NCBI RefSeq assembly: GCF_030028105.1
Contig: NC_092398.1
Span: forward strand, 15,938,182-16,002,181
Direction: 5' to 3'
Length of the DNA: 64,000 nucleotides
Origin: Mobula birostris
Lineage: Eukaryota
Numbering within the stretch: position 1 is the stretch's first letter; each line of letters opens with the position of its first letter. Below are positions 39,520-53,562 of the stretch, one piece after another. Position numbers and translations under genes: made by a program. The notes under the pieces are model-generated. The model did not search any database, was not told the origin of the DNA, and saw only the letters and a list, made by a program, of their open reading frames with translations.

Positions 39520-42150
39520 TCAGATTGGAGACCTGTGACCAGTGGTGTGCTACAGGGATTGGTGCCTGCACCCCTGTTCTTTGTCATGTACATTAATGAT
39601 CTGGATGTGAATGTTGATAAATAAATTCACTGATGGTTGCAAAGCTGGTAGTAAGGTACAACAGGATGTGGATAAGCTAGATGGAATTTAACTCAGAAGT
39701 TCAAAATGTTGCACTTCTGCAAGTTAAACGAGGATGGGACTTAGGCAGAAAGTGGCAGGACCCAGGGAGTGTTGTAGAACAGCCAGATCTCGGAGTACAT
39801 GGTTTATTCAAAGTGATGATAGTGTAGACTGGGTGGTGAAGAAGTCCGGTGTCATAAATGCTTCATCAGGGAACTGAGTACTAGAGTTGGAGTGCATTAT
39901 TACAAGTGTACAATATGTTGATGAGACTGGAGTTGAATTGTTGCCAAACAATGGAAAGGAAATGATTCATCTGGAGGGGATGCAGGAAAAATTCACACTG
40001 ATGTGACTTGGACTGAGCTCAAAGGAGAGGCTGAAAATACTGGGTCTGTTTTACCCAGAATGTGGAAAGCTGAGCATTGAGCTTATGTAGAGAATGTTGT
40101 CCCTCGTCCCCCTGTTTTAAATATTTCCCCACTCTCAAATCTATGCCCTCAAGTTTTTGATTCTTTTGTACTTGGGAAAGTCTGTGTCCATTCACACTGT
40201 CTATGCTCCTCATGATTTTATGCTCTCTTTAATTTTACCCCTCATCCTCCTAAGCTCCAGGGAAAAAAAGACAAACCTATGCAGTCTCTAGGTATAACTC
40301 AATCCCTCCTCTCCCATGATATCATGGTGAATCACCTCTACAGTGCAATCACATCCTTCCTATACTGTGGCCCAATTCATCTTTTAAAAGTCCTTCCAAC
40401 ACTTCTGTTCTGAACCCCAGCTAATGAAGTCCGGCATTCTTCACTCTATCTATCTGTTTCTGCCACCTTCAGGGATCTCTGTATCCGTACATCAAGATCC
40501 CTCTATTTCTCAGTACTCCCTCAGACCCCACCATTTATGGAATGTCCTACCCTTATTTAACTGAAGATAAGTGTTGTCTCACAACTATCAAGATTAAATT
40601 CTGTGTGGCCATTCAGCACCCCAAAGTCTCCACTGTTGTCACCCACAATAGCCTGAGATATATCTAATCAGGCACTGGGGATTTATCCACCTTTAACCCT
40701 GCTAAGACATCTAATATCGCCTCCTTTGTTAATCTTCACCTGCTCTGGAATTTCACTGCACCAACTGAAATCTCCAAACACAATACCTTTCTCTTGGTGA
40801 ATATAGCGGAGAGCTAGTTATTTCAGACCCTGTCCACTTCCTCTGGTCCCATACACAGGGTGCCACTTTGCTCCACAACAGGCCCCACTCATTCCCTGGT
40901 TACACTATTGTTCTGAGTCTCCTTAAAGCACTCGTTAATATGCATATATTATTAACACTTGTTGAGCATATCCTTAAATTTTCCTTCCACTGGTAATTCG
41001 TGACTTGTCTTTGCCCTTCTAATTTCTCCTTTCAAACTCTCCACACACTCTCTCCATGATCAATCTTTTTCTTTTACATTAGGAGAGTTTTGGACTCCTC
41101 TAAACTTTTTGCCCCTTTCCAGCTTAATGACATTCTTCCTATAAATGGGTGAGTAGATCCACACAAAATATATTGTGGTCTCACCACGAACTTGTATAGT
41201 GACAACATGAAGTCCAAACTTCTGAACTCCAAGCCACAACTGATAAAGGCCATGTGCCAAATGTCTTCCTCACCACCCTGTCTACACTTTCAGAAAACTA
41301 TTCACTTGTCCTCCTTGGTCTATCTGTTCTCCAACTCTCTCGAGTACCCTACTCGTTGCCACAGATACACTTGTGTGTGCCCCTGGCTGAAGAGTTTTCT
41401 GTCTCTGTTGATCACCAAGAACACAGAACAGTACAGCTCAGGAACAGGTCCTGCTTCCCACGATGACTGTGCTGAACACAATGCCAAATGCAACTGAATC
41501 TCTTCTGCCTGCATGTGATTCATATCCTTTCATTTCCTGTCTAAAAGCCTCTTATCATATCTACTTCAACCACTCTCCATGGCAGCCCACATCAGACCCC
41601 ACCACTGTAAATAAAACAAAACTATTACTTGCACTGCCACCACCTTAAACTCTCACCCTGTCATCTGAACGTTATGTTTCCTTGTATTTGACATCTCCAC
41701 CCTGGGAAAATGATTCTGACTCTCTACCTTATCCACACTCTCATAGTTCTATAAACTTCTGTCAGGTCTCCCCTTAGCCTCCTTCACTCCGGGTAAAATG
41801 GTCCCAGCCCATCGGATCTTTCCTTGCAACTCAATCCATCCAGTCCAACCAACTTTCCTGTGAATCTTTTCTGCACTTTTCCAGCTTAATCACATCCTTC
41901 CTGTAGTGTGGTGACCAGAACTGCACAGGGTGCTCTGGATGTGGCCCAATGAATGATTTGTACAACTGTAATGTGATGTGTCCCAACTCCTCTCAGTGCC
42001 TTTGCCGATGAAGGTAAGCATGCCGTGCACCTTCTTCTCGACGTTATCTACCCGTTTTGCCAATTATGTACCTGTGTCCAAAGGTCTCGGTTCATTCACA
42101 CTCCCCAGGACTCTGCCATTCACTGTGTATGTCCTGGCCTGCTTTAACTG
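39520..42150. mobile_element. Mosaic of old CR1/L2-like fragments in both orientations
   Basis: Degenerate GVxQGxVLxP and CR1 3' motifs; no long ORF. Confidence 0.6.
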
Positions 42151-42179
42151 GCCAACATCCATCATTGTAACAGTGATTC

Positions 42180-42910
42180 AAGATTCTAGACTGTTCATTG
42201 TCATTATTCCGTACATGACTGTAAAGTAGAACGAAATGATTGTTACTCCAGATCTGATGCAGCATTAAAAAAAACACAATCAACATCAAGAACACAATTA
42301 AAAAATCTATAAATGTAGAAGTAACTGTAAGACAATGTAACTGTATTATACATTGACTGTGCTCTGTACATAAAGTGACGCTTGGTGATGTGTATGTAGT
42401 GGTAGTGTGTGGGTTAAGGGGTGAAGGTGTTGATCAGCCTCATGGCTTGGGGGATGTAACTGTTTTTGAGTCTAGTGGTCCTGGTGTGGATGCTGCGTAG
42501 CATTTTCCGGATGGGATTGGGACAAACAGTCTATAAGCAGTGTGGGTAGATTATTCATGATATTGCTGGCCTTTATCTGTCACCTTTCTGTATATATACA
42601 GTATGTCCTTGATGATGGGTAGGATGGTACCGGTGATGTGTTGGGTAGTTTTCACTTCCCATTGTCCAGTTCTCCTGTGCATTGCAGTGCAGTATCTGCA
42701 CCACACAATGATACAGCATGTTAGGATGCTCTCTACTGCACGCCTGTTGAAGGTTCTGAGTATTGATGTGTGTAGATCAGTACTCCTGGGCCTCCTCAGA
42801 AAGTAGAGGAATTGGTGAGCTTTTCTGTCTGTGGAGATGTGCACTGGGACCATGAGAGGTTGTGTGTGATGTGCACTCCCAGGAGTTTAAAACTGCTCAC
42901 TCACTTCAGT
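42180..42910 (-). mobile_element. Rex1/Babar 3' remnant
   Basis: KAHQFLYFLRR...AVESILTCCIIVW. Confidence 0.75.
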
Positions 42911-43564
42911 ATTTGTCTGCACCAACCAGCCAGCAATGAATGTCAATGCACCGTTCACTTTCCAAACATCACACAGCTCCTGTCTGCTGTTTTGTTGTGC
43001 AGGACAACACCTGGATCCCTCTCTAATTCCCTCATTCACAATTTCCTTTTACATAAATAATAGTCTGCCTGTCGATTCCTCCTACCACTGTATGTGCCAT
43101 CACACTTTACCACATAAAGCTCCATTCAGCAAGCTTTCACCCACTTTGTATCCGATTGTAGAGACCTCGGACACTTCCCATCCTCCCTGCCTGAAAAAGG
43201 ACTGTTTATTCTGTTTACATCTTCTGTATTCTATGTGATAACCAGTCTTCTTTCCATATTAACGCACTTACCTCAGCACGATGCGCTCTGGTCTTGTGCA
43301 CCAACCTTTTTTGTAGCATCTTGAAAATCCAAACACACGACTTCTTCAGCTTCCCCTGTAAAGTCTTGAAGATCTCTGGCACATTTGACAAACGTACTGG
43401 ATGAACCTTTCACCAAACCAGCTGACTGGTTCTCAAACCAGGTCGCAGGAAGACAGGGTGGTGAAGGAGGTCTTTGGAATGCTGGCTGTCATTGGTCAGG
43501 ATACCGAGTATAAAGTTGGGATGTAATGTTACGGTTGTGCAACATGTTACTGTGGCCACATTTC

Positions 43565-44770
43565 AAGATTCAAGCTTGTTTAATATCATTTCCAGTACAC
43601 AAGTGTTAGGGAAAACAAAATCATTGTTACTCCGGATCCAATGCAGCAAAAAATGCAATAATGAAAAAAATCAAATATAAATACACAAATAGTTTATAAA
43701 CACAGATTGATTGTATGTCCATAAAGTGGCGCTAGGCACAGGAGTGTCTGTACATAAGTAGATTGACAGGAAATGATAAAGTAGTGGTGGTAGTCTGGGT
43801 GAGCAAGGGTGGGCTAGTGGGTGGATGTGTTGATCAGACTTACTGCTTCGGGAAAGGAACTGTTTGTGAGCCTGGTGATTGTGGCATATTTGCTAGGTAG
43901 CCTCATCCCTGATGGGAGTGAGACAAAAAGTCCATGAGCAGAGTGGCTGGTATCCTTCATGATATTGCTAGCCTTTTTCTGGCACCTTTCTCTGTATACA
44001 CTTGAGGCTGGGTAGACTGGTACAGGTGATATTTTGAGCAGGTTTGAATACCTATTGCAGTGCTTTCCTGTCTGCCGCAGTGCAGTTTACCTATTATGCA
44101 GGTTAGGATGCTCTCTAATACACATCTGTAGAAAGTCGCGAGCATTGGTGTGCAGAGTCCAACTCTCTTCAGCCTCCTCAGAAGGTAGAGTTGTTGGCGA
44201 GCTTTCCTGATTGTATCGGATGTGTTCTTTGACCATGAGAGTTTGGGCAAGATGTGCACTCCCAGGAGTTTGAAACTGCTCGCAGTTTCTACTATTCTGC
44301 GGCCGATGTAAGGAACAGTGTGAGTGATGTGACTTCTGAAGTCGCTAACCATCTCCTTTGTCTTATTGACATTGAGGAACAAGTTATTTGCCTGGTAGCA
44401 GGCCTTCAGCTCTTCCACCTCCTCCCTGTAGACTGTCTCATCATAGTTGGTAATGAGCCCCTCCTCTGTTGTGTCATCAGCAATCTTGACAATGTGATAC
44501 CTTGCATGTTTGGCCATGCAGTCTCTTGTGAGCAGAGTGTACTGCAATGGGCTCAGCGCACAGCCTGGGGGTGGGAGGGGGGTCACGTGTGTTGAGGATG
44601 ATGGGAGATAGGGGCAGTTGTGCGTTCTGATGATCTGAGGTCTGTGGTTAGGTAGTCCAACACCCAAATGCATAGTGATATATTTAAACCTAAGATTAAG
44701 AGTTTATTCACCAAGTCTGAGGAACAGTAATGTTAAATACCGAACTGAAATCAGAAACAGCATTCTGACA
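43565..44770 (-). mobile_element. Rex1/Babar 3' portion
   Basis: GCALSPLQYTLLT, KIADDTT, NNLFLNVNKTKEM, KARQQLYLLRRL. Confidence 0.85.
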
Positions 44771-44819
44771 TAAGTGCCCTTTGTGTTTGAAATATGGTAA
44801 TATAAGTATTTGGAATATG

Positions 44820-44993
44820 GTAACACATGCAAAATGCTGGAGGAACTCAGCAGGCCAGGCAGCATCTAAGGAAAAGAGAACCGTCAACGTTTCGGGCCGA
44901 GACCCTTCAGCTGGACTTGCCTGCTGCGTTCCTCCAGCATTTTGTGTGTGTTGCTTGAATTTCTAGCATCTGCAGATTTTCTCTTGTTTGTGC
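44820..44993. mobile_element. Mini fold-back element built from two inverted Penelope tails, with 11-bp TSD
   Basis: TTTGGAATATG at 44809-44819 and 44994-45004; arms caaaatgctggaggaactcagcagg / cctgctgcgttcctccagcattttg. Confidence 0.75.
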
Positions 44994-45144
44994 TTTGGAA
45001 TATGCTGTTAAGTTCGGGTTACCCTGCTGGAGGACAGGGACCATTAAGCTGGAAAGAGCCCAGAGGGGATTTGCGGATATTGCTGGATCTTGAACAACAT
45101 TTACAGAGAGAGTTTCAGCAGCTTTGGATAATTTTCATGGGAGT

Positions 45145-46470
45145 GTCAGAGAATGTGTGGTGATATTATAGAGGTGTATAATATTATGAGGGGCCTAGAT
45201 AGGGTCAGAAAACATGGTCTTTTTGCCAGGGTTGGGGAATCAAGAATTGGGGGGCATTGGTTTAACATGAGAAGGGAGAGATTTAACTGGAACCGGAAGG
45301 GCAATTTTTCTACACAGAGGGTGGACAATGTATGGAATAATCTGCCAATGGAAGTGGATGAGGCAGGTATACTAATGATGCTAAGAAGGTATTTGGACAG
45401 GTAGATGGAATGAAAAGGATTTGAGCAATATGAGCCTGGGGGTGGGACAGGCTCACATGGGAACCTTGGTCGGCTCGAGCATTTGAACCATTAACTCAGG
45501 TTGATGACATTAAACTATTCTAAATGACTTGCTATTTCTTCGTAGGTCAAATATTCCAGTACATTGCCAGTAACAGATGAGAAGTTAACAGGACTTCAGT
45601 TACCTACTCTTTGTCTTCCACTCTCAAATGGAGTCAATTTCAGGTTTTCCAACTCACTGGGACCTTCCTGAAAGTGAATTTTGACAATCTTCAAATAATG
45701 TCGCCACTTTCTCTCCAAACCCTAGGTTGCAGGTCATTTGGACATTGCGATGTTTGTTTTAGATTTTCCCTTGAAGTAGTGATTATTGCCTAGTGTTGAC
45801 ACATCACTTCTGAGATATCTATGGCAAGTTTGCTGTGTCCATACCATGAACATTCGTCAAATTACTGAGTAAACTTATCTGCCTTTTCCTAGTTAGTTTT
45901 ATTTTTTTGTCTCTTCTCGCTGCTTCTTGAAATATTCTCTATACTGTGGCCTACTACCAGCCCTTACCTCTTTATGTACTCTTTGATTCTATATTTACCT
46001 TGATGATTTTCATTGACCACAGATGGTTCACCTTTCTGTCTAATTGGATCCCTCTGTCTAATTGGAGTCAATGTCTTCTGAGCATTATCAACCAACTCTT
46101 TAAATGACTGCCCCTGCTCATCTACTGATCTGTCCATGAGTCTATTTACCTTATTCACCCCAGACAACTCCACCGTCATACCGTGTAACTGCCCTTATTT
46201 AGGTTGAGGATATCGGTTTGGATGTAGGTATTTGTTCTTAAATTGTGTCTGGAATTCTCCGATGTTGTGATCATTTTTTCCTCGGGGATCCTTCACCACA
46301 ATCTTTCTTATTATTCTGACTTTATTACACAGAACTACATATGAAATAGCCTGTTCCTGGGTGGGTTCTGTAACATACTGCTGTAAAGAACCTTCCCCAA
46401 CCATTGCATGAATTCCTCTTCCTTGTACCTTGCCAATTTAATTAGATTCATCAATATACAAATCAAAATC
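45145..46470. mobile_element. CR1 remnants (plus 45145-45480; minus 45560-46470)
   Basis: GDIIEVYNIMRG..WNNLP; QYVTEPTQEQAI..GKNDHN. Confidence 0.7.
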
Positions 46471-47159
46471 AAGTTGCAACATCACTGTTGATGTATTGTC
46501 TTCACTGTCATCCTTACTTGAGTCACTGGTGGCCACGGTACAAGTCCCTGTCGTGTCTATCCTGCGGTTCTTTGGATTTCACATGGTGTCGCTGTCTCGG
46601 AGAATTGTCCGATGTAGGCTGTAATTCCACAGAATTCAGATAGTGTCACTGTTTCCAGAGACTGTTTGATGTAATTCTATGGAGCTCCCACAGTGGCAGT
46701 ATACAGGGGGACTATTAGTTTCCCAGGGCGGAGCTTGAGAAGTACGTCGAATACGAGAAAATCTGCAGACGTGTGTCCTGGTGAAGGGTCTCGGCCCGAA
46801 ACATTGACTGTTTACTCTTTCCCATAGATGCAGTCTGGCCTGCTGAGTTCCTTCAGCATTTTGTGGGTGTTGCTTTAAAAAGTAGCTGCTGCCCTGGGTG
46901 GAGCACCAGCAGCGGTGTTCTGGCAGCGTCACAAGCAGGATTGTCCACTTGAAGTCACGCCTGCGCTTTTAAACGTTATTTCCATTTGTTTCTGAGCGCC
47001 AAGCAATACACATTGATTGAATTAAAAACACAAGATTCTGCAGATACTGAAAATCCAGAGCAACACACAAAAACACAACTTCAACTAAATTACCACCTTT
47101 GTCTTTCGCTCATTTGGTTAATGCAAAGATTTGCACTTTAAGCATGTTCGTCGTAAAGA

Positions 47160-50100
47160 AATACAGCATAGAAATAGGGCATTCGGCCCATCTTCTCCAT
47201 GCCGAAAACCTTTAAACTGCCTATTCCCATCAAAGTGCACTGGGACTGTAGCCCTCCTAACCCTTACCCTTCATGTAGCTATTTAAACTTCTCCTAAACA
47301 TGGAAATGCACCGCTTGTGCTGGCAGCTCATTCCACATTCCTACAGCCCTCTGAGTGAAAATGTTTTTTCCCTCATGTTCTCCTTAAACTTTTCACTTTA
47401 CACCCTTAACCCATGACCACTGATTGTAGTTGCACACAACCTCAGTAGAAAAAGCTTACTTGCGTTTAACCTGTCTATATCCCTCATGATTTTGTATACC
47501 TCTATCAAATCTAGTAGTCTTCTACATTATAAGGAATAAAGTCCTAACCTATTCAGTATTTCTTTCTTACTCTGGTCATCCAGACCCGGCAACATCCTTC
47601 TAAATTTCCTCTATACTCGTTCAACCTTATTTACACCTTTCCTGTAGTTAAGTGACCAAAACTCCACACAATATTCCAAATTAAGCCTCACCAATGTCTT
47701 ATTCACCTTTAATATAATATCCCATCTCCTGTACTCAGTACAATTGATTCATGAAGACCAATGTGCCAAAAGCTTTCTTTATGACCCTATCGACCTGTGA
47801 CACCACTTTCAATGAATTATAGACCTGTCCTCCCAGCCTACACTCCTCAGTGCCCTATTATTCACAGTGTAACACCTACCCTTGTTGGTCCTACTGAAGT
47901 GCAACACCTTGCATTACTCTGCATGAAATTCCGTCTGCCATTTTCAGCCCACTTTTCCAACAGATGCAGATCCCTTTGCAGGCTAGCATAGCCTCCCTTG
48001 CTGTCCACTACATCCCCAATCTTGGTTTTATCTGCAGATTTGCAGATCGGGTTAACCACATTATCAACCAGATCATTGATATAGATGAAAGACAACAATG
48101 GACCCTGCACCAGTCCCTGCAGCACACCAGTACTCACAGGCCTCCAGTCAGAGAAGCAACCCTCCGTGACCACTCTTTGGCTTCTCGCACAAAGTCAATG
48201 TCTAATCAAATTTGCTACCTCATCTTGAATGCCGAGTGACTGAACCTTCTTGACCAAACTTCCACGTGGGACGTTGTCAACCTTTCTAAAGTCCATGTAT
48301 CCAACAGCCAGTGCCTTGCCTTCATCTACTTTTCTGAAAACTTCCTCAAAACCATGACCCACACACATGAAGCTATGCTTACTACCCTTAATTAGTCCAT
48401 GTCTATCAAACTTCTTGTATATCTGGTCCCTTAAAATAACTTCCCACAAGTGATGTCAGACTCACTGGCCTTTAATTTCCTGGTTTATGTTTAGAACCTT
48501 TCTTAAAAATTGGCCATCATTGGCTATCCTCCATTCCTCTGGTATCCCCGCCGTCACTAAGGATGATTTAAATATCTCTGCTGGGGCCCTGGCAATTCTG
48601 CACTTGCCTGCCAAAGGGTCTGAAGGGACACCTTGTCAGATCACACTAGTGATTTATCAACCTTGATTTGACATCTGTAAACCTAATCTGTACCGGGTCC
48701 ATGAAGTTGATGTCACTTTCACTCACTTCAATAGACTCTGGCCGTCTCCTGAGTAAGTGCAGATACAAAATATTTATTTAAGGTCTCCCCCCATCTGTTT
48801 TGGCGTCACACATGGATTACCATTCTGATCTTCTAGAGGACCAATATTGTCCCTTGTAGTCATTTTGCTCTTAACATATCTCTAAAATCCCCAAGAATAT
48901 ATCCTTCACCTTCTCTACCAGAGCAACTTCAAGCCTTCTATATGTCCTCCTGGTTCTTTTTGAAGTGTTCTCCACTTGAATTTCTTATACTCCTTAAGCA
49001 CCTCATTTGTTCCGACCTGCCAATATCTATGCACCTAATTTTTTTACTCAATATCGCTTGAAAACCAAGATCTCTAAACCTGTTATCTTTGCTTCTTATT
49101 CTGAAAGGCACATACAACTTTTGTAGTCTCAAAATTTCACTTTTTAAGTTCTCCCACTTACCAAGTGCGTATTAGCCAGTAAACAGCCTGTCCCAATCCA
49201 AACTTGCCAGAGCATTTGTGATACCATCAAAATTGGCCTTTCTCCTATTTAGAATCTCAACCACAGACCAGACCTATCTTCTTGCATATTTACTTTGGAA
49301 CTAATGCTATTGTGGTCACTGGATGCAAGGTGTTCCCCTACACAAACTTCTGTCACCTGCCCTGTCTCATTCCCTAATATCAGATGTAGTACTGCACACT
49401 CTGCCACTGGGACTTCTACATACTAATGAATGAAACTACTCTGAACACACTTGACAAATTCTATCCCATTTTATTCTTTTACAGTAGGGGATTCTCAATC
49501 AATATGTAGAAAATTAAAATCACCTACTATAACAAAGTTATGTTTCTTACAACAGTCTGTGGTCTCTCTACAAACTTGTTCCTCTACATCCCTCGAACTG
49601 TTGTGTGGTCTGTAATATAACCCCATTAATGTGGTTGTACCTTTCTTATTTCTCAGTTCCAGCAGGCTGAGGGTAGCAGAAACCAACAGAATCAACAAAC
49701 TCATTCGTGAAGGCCAGTGATGTTGTGGGGATGGAACTGGACTCTCTGACGGTGGTGTCTGAAAAGAGGATGCTGTCCAAGTTGCATGCCATCTTGGACA
49801 ATGTCTCCCATGCACTACGTAATGTACTGGTTGGCCACAGGAGTACATTCAGCCAGAGACTCATTCCACCGAGATGCAACACAGAGCGTCATAGGAAGTC
49901 ATTCCTGCCCGTGGCCGTCAAACTTTACAACTCCTCCCTTGGAGGGTCAGACACCCTGAGCCAATAGGCTGGTCCTGGACTTATTTACTGGCATAATTTA
50001 CATATTACTATTTAACTATTTATGGTTTTATTACTATTTATTATTTATGGTGCAACTGTAATGAAAACCAATTTCCCCTGGGATCAATAAAGTATGACTA

Positions 50101-50620
50101 CAACGATGACTACTATGACTAATAGCTCACTAGAAGAGTTCTCCAGTCTGTCCCAAGGGAGCACTGCCGTGATATTTTTCCTGACTAGTTACTTCACCCC
50201 TCTTCCTTTAATCCCTCTCACTCCTTCACATCTACAACAACAGAACCCTGGAATATTGAGCTGCGAGTCCAGCCTGTCTTGCTACCAAGCTACAATATCA
50301 AAATTCCAGGTGTTGATCCATGCCCTGAACTCGTCTGCTATTCCTACGATATTCCTTGTATTGAAATATACACAGCTCAGGACACCAGTCACACCATGCT
50401 CAACCTTTTGATTCCTCACTTCTTCTGAGGTCTTCCCAACATCTGTCTCTGCAATCTTTTCAATAACTCTTCTGGCACTCTGGTTCCCATCCCCCTGCAA
50501 CTCTAGTTTAAACCCCACCATGCAGCATTAACAAACCTTCCTGTTAGGATATTAGTCCCCTTCTAGCTCAGGTGGAAACTACCTCCTCTGCACAGTTCCC
50601 AATTTGCCTGGAAGAGAGCC
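47160..50620 (-). mobile_element. Long decayed CR1 (APE to 3' tail) interrupted by a Rex1 fragment
   Basis: CVYFNTRNIVGIADEFRAW, GLYYRP..IVGDFN, GVLQGLVQGPLL, KSADKTK. Confidence 0.85.
49660..50120 (+). mobile_element. Rex1/Babar-like 3' end inserted into the CR1
   Basis: STFSQRLIPPRCNTERHRKSFLPVAVKLYN; AATAAA followed by atgacta-type tandem tail. Confidence 0.75.
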
Positions 50621-52713
50621 CAGTGATCTCATAACTGTCTTGCTGTTTTTGTAGTTTATCACAAGTTTCATGTTTCTTTTGATTCGTAAAAGATTTTTCT
50701 TGTCCTGTTAACTCTTTCAGTCGCTCACACATTCGATCAAACTGACCACACGGTCTTATCACTAAATCAGTAGCAGTCATTTCCTGACAATATCATCAGG
50801 AGCCACATTTTATTAGGTTCATCATTGATGGTATATTTCAATAACCTTATCAAACTTAAATGTTTCACAATTTTGCCCACTGTTTTAATTCAATCTGAAG
50901 TATGTACGTATGTACTTTGCCCATGATCTCAAAATTTTAACAGGTTGTCCTGCAACTCAAATTTAATTATTTTCCCCATGCTCTACCAGTTTGCCTGAAT
51001 TTAGTAGCTTTTTGAATCTGTGCTCCTCTGCTTCTATGATTTCAATGTTTTGATTGCTCTGAGCTCTAAATCATGCCAACTACATCATTTGACATATTTT
51101 GGTGTTTAAGTCCAACCTCCTTTTAGAAGTCAGGAATGAGGCATAAAACTGGTTGCTTCACAATTGTTTTATTAAAAGTTAATAGAACAGGAACAGAACA
51201 GTGACAGGGGTCTACTACTTGAAGGAGAGAGAGAAAAACAAAAGATGGCACCCAGCAAAAAGCAACTACTTCTATACCCAAAGATAAGAAAAATTCCATT
51301 CAGATCTATAGATAATGATCCAATTAGAATGTACTTGTCAGTGCTGCAGTAAAACTTAACCAGTGAGGAAACACTTACTCACTTAATGAATTGCAAAGAA
51401 GCTCCAGAATTCTACTTTGTACAACCATTAGAGACATATTAAACTGTTAAGCATACAAAGGCTACTTCAAATACAAGTAGATAATTATTTGTTAAACTGC
51501 AAATAAAATGACAATAAAAATTAAACAATTGGATCCAACAGATTCTCGGCACCTGCACACTCAATTCGTAGCAATAGTACATTCTAAACCTCTCAGGGTT
51601 CTGGGTAAGAGCAGTGCCATTGAAAGGGGGCTTCCTGAAAGGTCTTAGCCCAAAATATCCACTGTTTATTCCCATCCATAGATGCCGCCTGATCTGCTGA
51701 GCTCCTTCACCACATTGTGTGCATAGATTTCCAGCATCTGCAGTACCTCCTGTGTGTATCAACCAGTCAATATTTTTACGAGAACACAACAACCAACTTA
51801 AAACAACAAGCTCCCACAAGCAATATACCCTCTATCAACAGGCATAGTGTGTCAAATTTCAACCCAGTTCTTTACTCTATCAATCGGCTTCCAGAAGTCG
51901 CTACTCTGCCATTCATTGCAACACCCCCCACTCCCACCGGCTGTTTCCCTGCTCATCATTATGTGCTCTTACTACTGTCCAAAGTCCCAAACTCTGCCCT
52001 GTGCTGACCTGCCTCTGGCTTCCAACTCTACTCCATTGAACGTCCAACTAATGATTCCCCAATCTGCTTTCAGACTTTGGAGAGCAGTGGTGTGTTCTAA
52101 CAACCCAACTGTGTGAGACAGAGTCCTTGAGGAGCTGTGAAGATGGCCCATAATGTTGAAAAGAGCAGGGAAGTAGGAGGTTAGCTGTCAATGTCATTCT
52201 TCCTTGGCCCAGAAATATGCTAAATGAAGAACATATCAGACATAACTACAGTCAGCTCATCTTCTTTCATTCTGCAAAAAGTCGCGCAGGAAATTCAAGG
52301 GAAACCTCACCCACAGAGTGCTGATTATTTGGATCCCATCACCACAGGAAAAGGCAGAGGCGAACAGCAGGGATGGATTTAAAAGGACTGTCAAGGTAGA
52401 GAAAGTCTGGCAGGGAGCAGCTGGGCTGAGTTGATTCCCTACTGTACATTGTAGGTGTTGTAGTTTCACCAGGTACCTGAGACAGAGCTTAAAATAGAAC
52501 TGATTTATTAGTCACAGATCCAGAATATTAAACTCCAATCCCATTAAAGGCAAACATCAACAGAGGAAACTCCTTTCATGCCCAGTGACAAGAGTGCAGA
52601 ACTGGGTGTGATGAACAGCAGCAATAATTGCAGAGTTTGACACCAACAGTCATTTTTGAACTTACCTCCGGATTCAGCAATCGCAGTGGTTAAATATCCA
52701 GAATGCAATTTAT

Positions 52714-53562
52714 TTAAACTTTTCCCCCAGTGTGAACCCGGTAGTGTGTTACAAGGTTGGATGAGTGAGTGAATCCCTTCCCACATTCAGAACAGGTGAA
52801 TGGTCTCTCCCCCGTGTGAACCCGGTAGTGTGCCACAAGGGTGGATGACTGAGTGAATCCCTTCCCACAGTCAGAGCAGATGAACGGCCTCTCTCCAGTG
52901 TGAATTCGGTGGTGTATCTGCAGACTGGATTGCTGAGTGAATGCCTTACCACAGTCTGAGCAGGTGAATGGCTTCTCCCCAGTGTGAACTCGCTGATGTA
53001 TCTTCAGTTGAGATGACCGAATAAATTTCTTCCCACAGTCTGAGCAAATGAACGATCTCTCCCCAGTATGAACTGACTGGTGTGCTAACAGGTCAGAGGA
53101 TCGAGTGAATCCTTTCCCACAGTCTAAGCACGTGAACGGCCTCTCCCCAGTGTGAACTCGCTGATGTAGCTTCAGATGAGATGACCGAGTGAATCCTTTT
53201 CCACAGTCTGAGCAGATGAATGGTCTCTCCCCAGTGTGAATTGACTGGTGTGCTCGTAGGTCAGATGACCAAGTGAATGTCTTCCCACAGTCTGAGCAGG
53301 TGAATGGCCTCTCTCCAGTGTGAAGTCGCTGGTGTGTCTGCAGGCTGGATGACTGAGTAAATGCCCTACCACAGTCCGAGCAGGTGAACGGTCTCTCCCC
53401 TGTGTGAACTCGGTGATGTAGCTTCAGTTCAGATGGCCGAGTGAACCCCTTCCCACAGTCTGAGCAGGTGAATGGCCTCTCCCCAGTGTGAAGTCGCTGA
53501 TGTATCTTCAATTGATATGAGTCAGGAAATCCCTTCACACAATCTGAACAAGTAAACGGCAT
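52714..53562 (-). CDS. Tandem C2H2 zinc-finger protein, 10 fingers, no effector domain seen (282 aa)
   Basis: Ten 28-aa repeats CxxC-x12-HxxxH with TGERPF linkers from ATG 53562; in-frame TGA at 53646-53644 upstream. Confidence 0.85.
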   Translation of the reverse strand: MPFTCSDCVKGFPDSYQLKIHQRLHTGERPFTCSDCGKGFTRPSELKLHHRVHTGERPFTCSDCGRAFTQSSSLQTHQRLHTGERPFTCSDCGKTFTWSSDLRAHQSIHTGERPFICSDCGKGFTRSSHLKLHQRVHTGERPFTCLDCGKGFTRSSDLLAHQSVHTGERSFICSDCGKKFIRSSQLKIHQRVHTGEKPFTCSDCGKAFTQQSSLQIHHRIHTGERPFICSDCGKGFTQSSTLVAHYRVHTGERPFTCSECGKGFTHSSNLVTHYRVHTGGKV

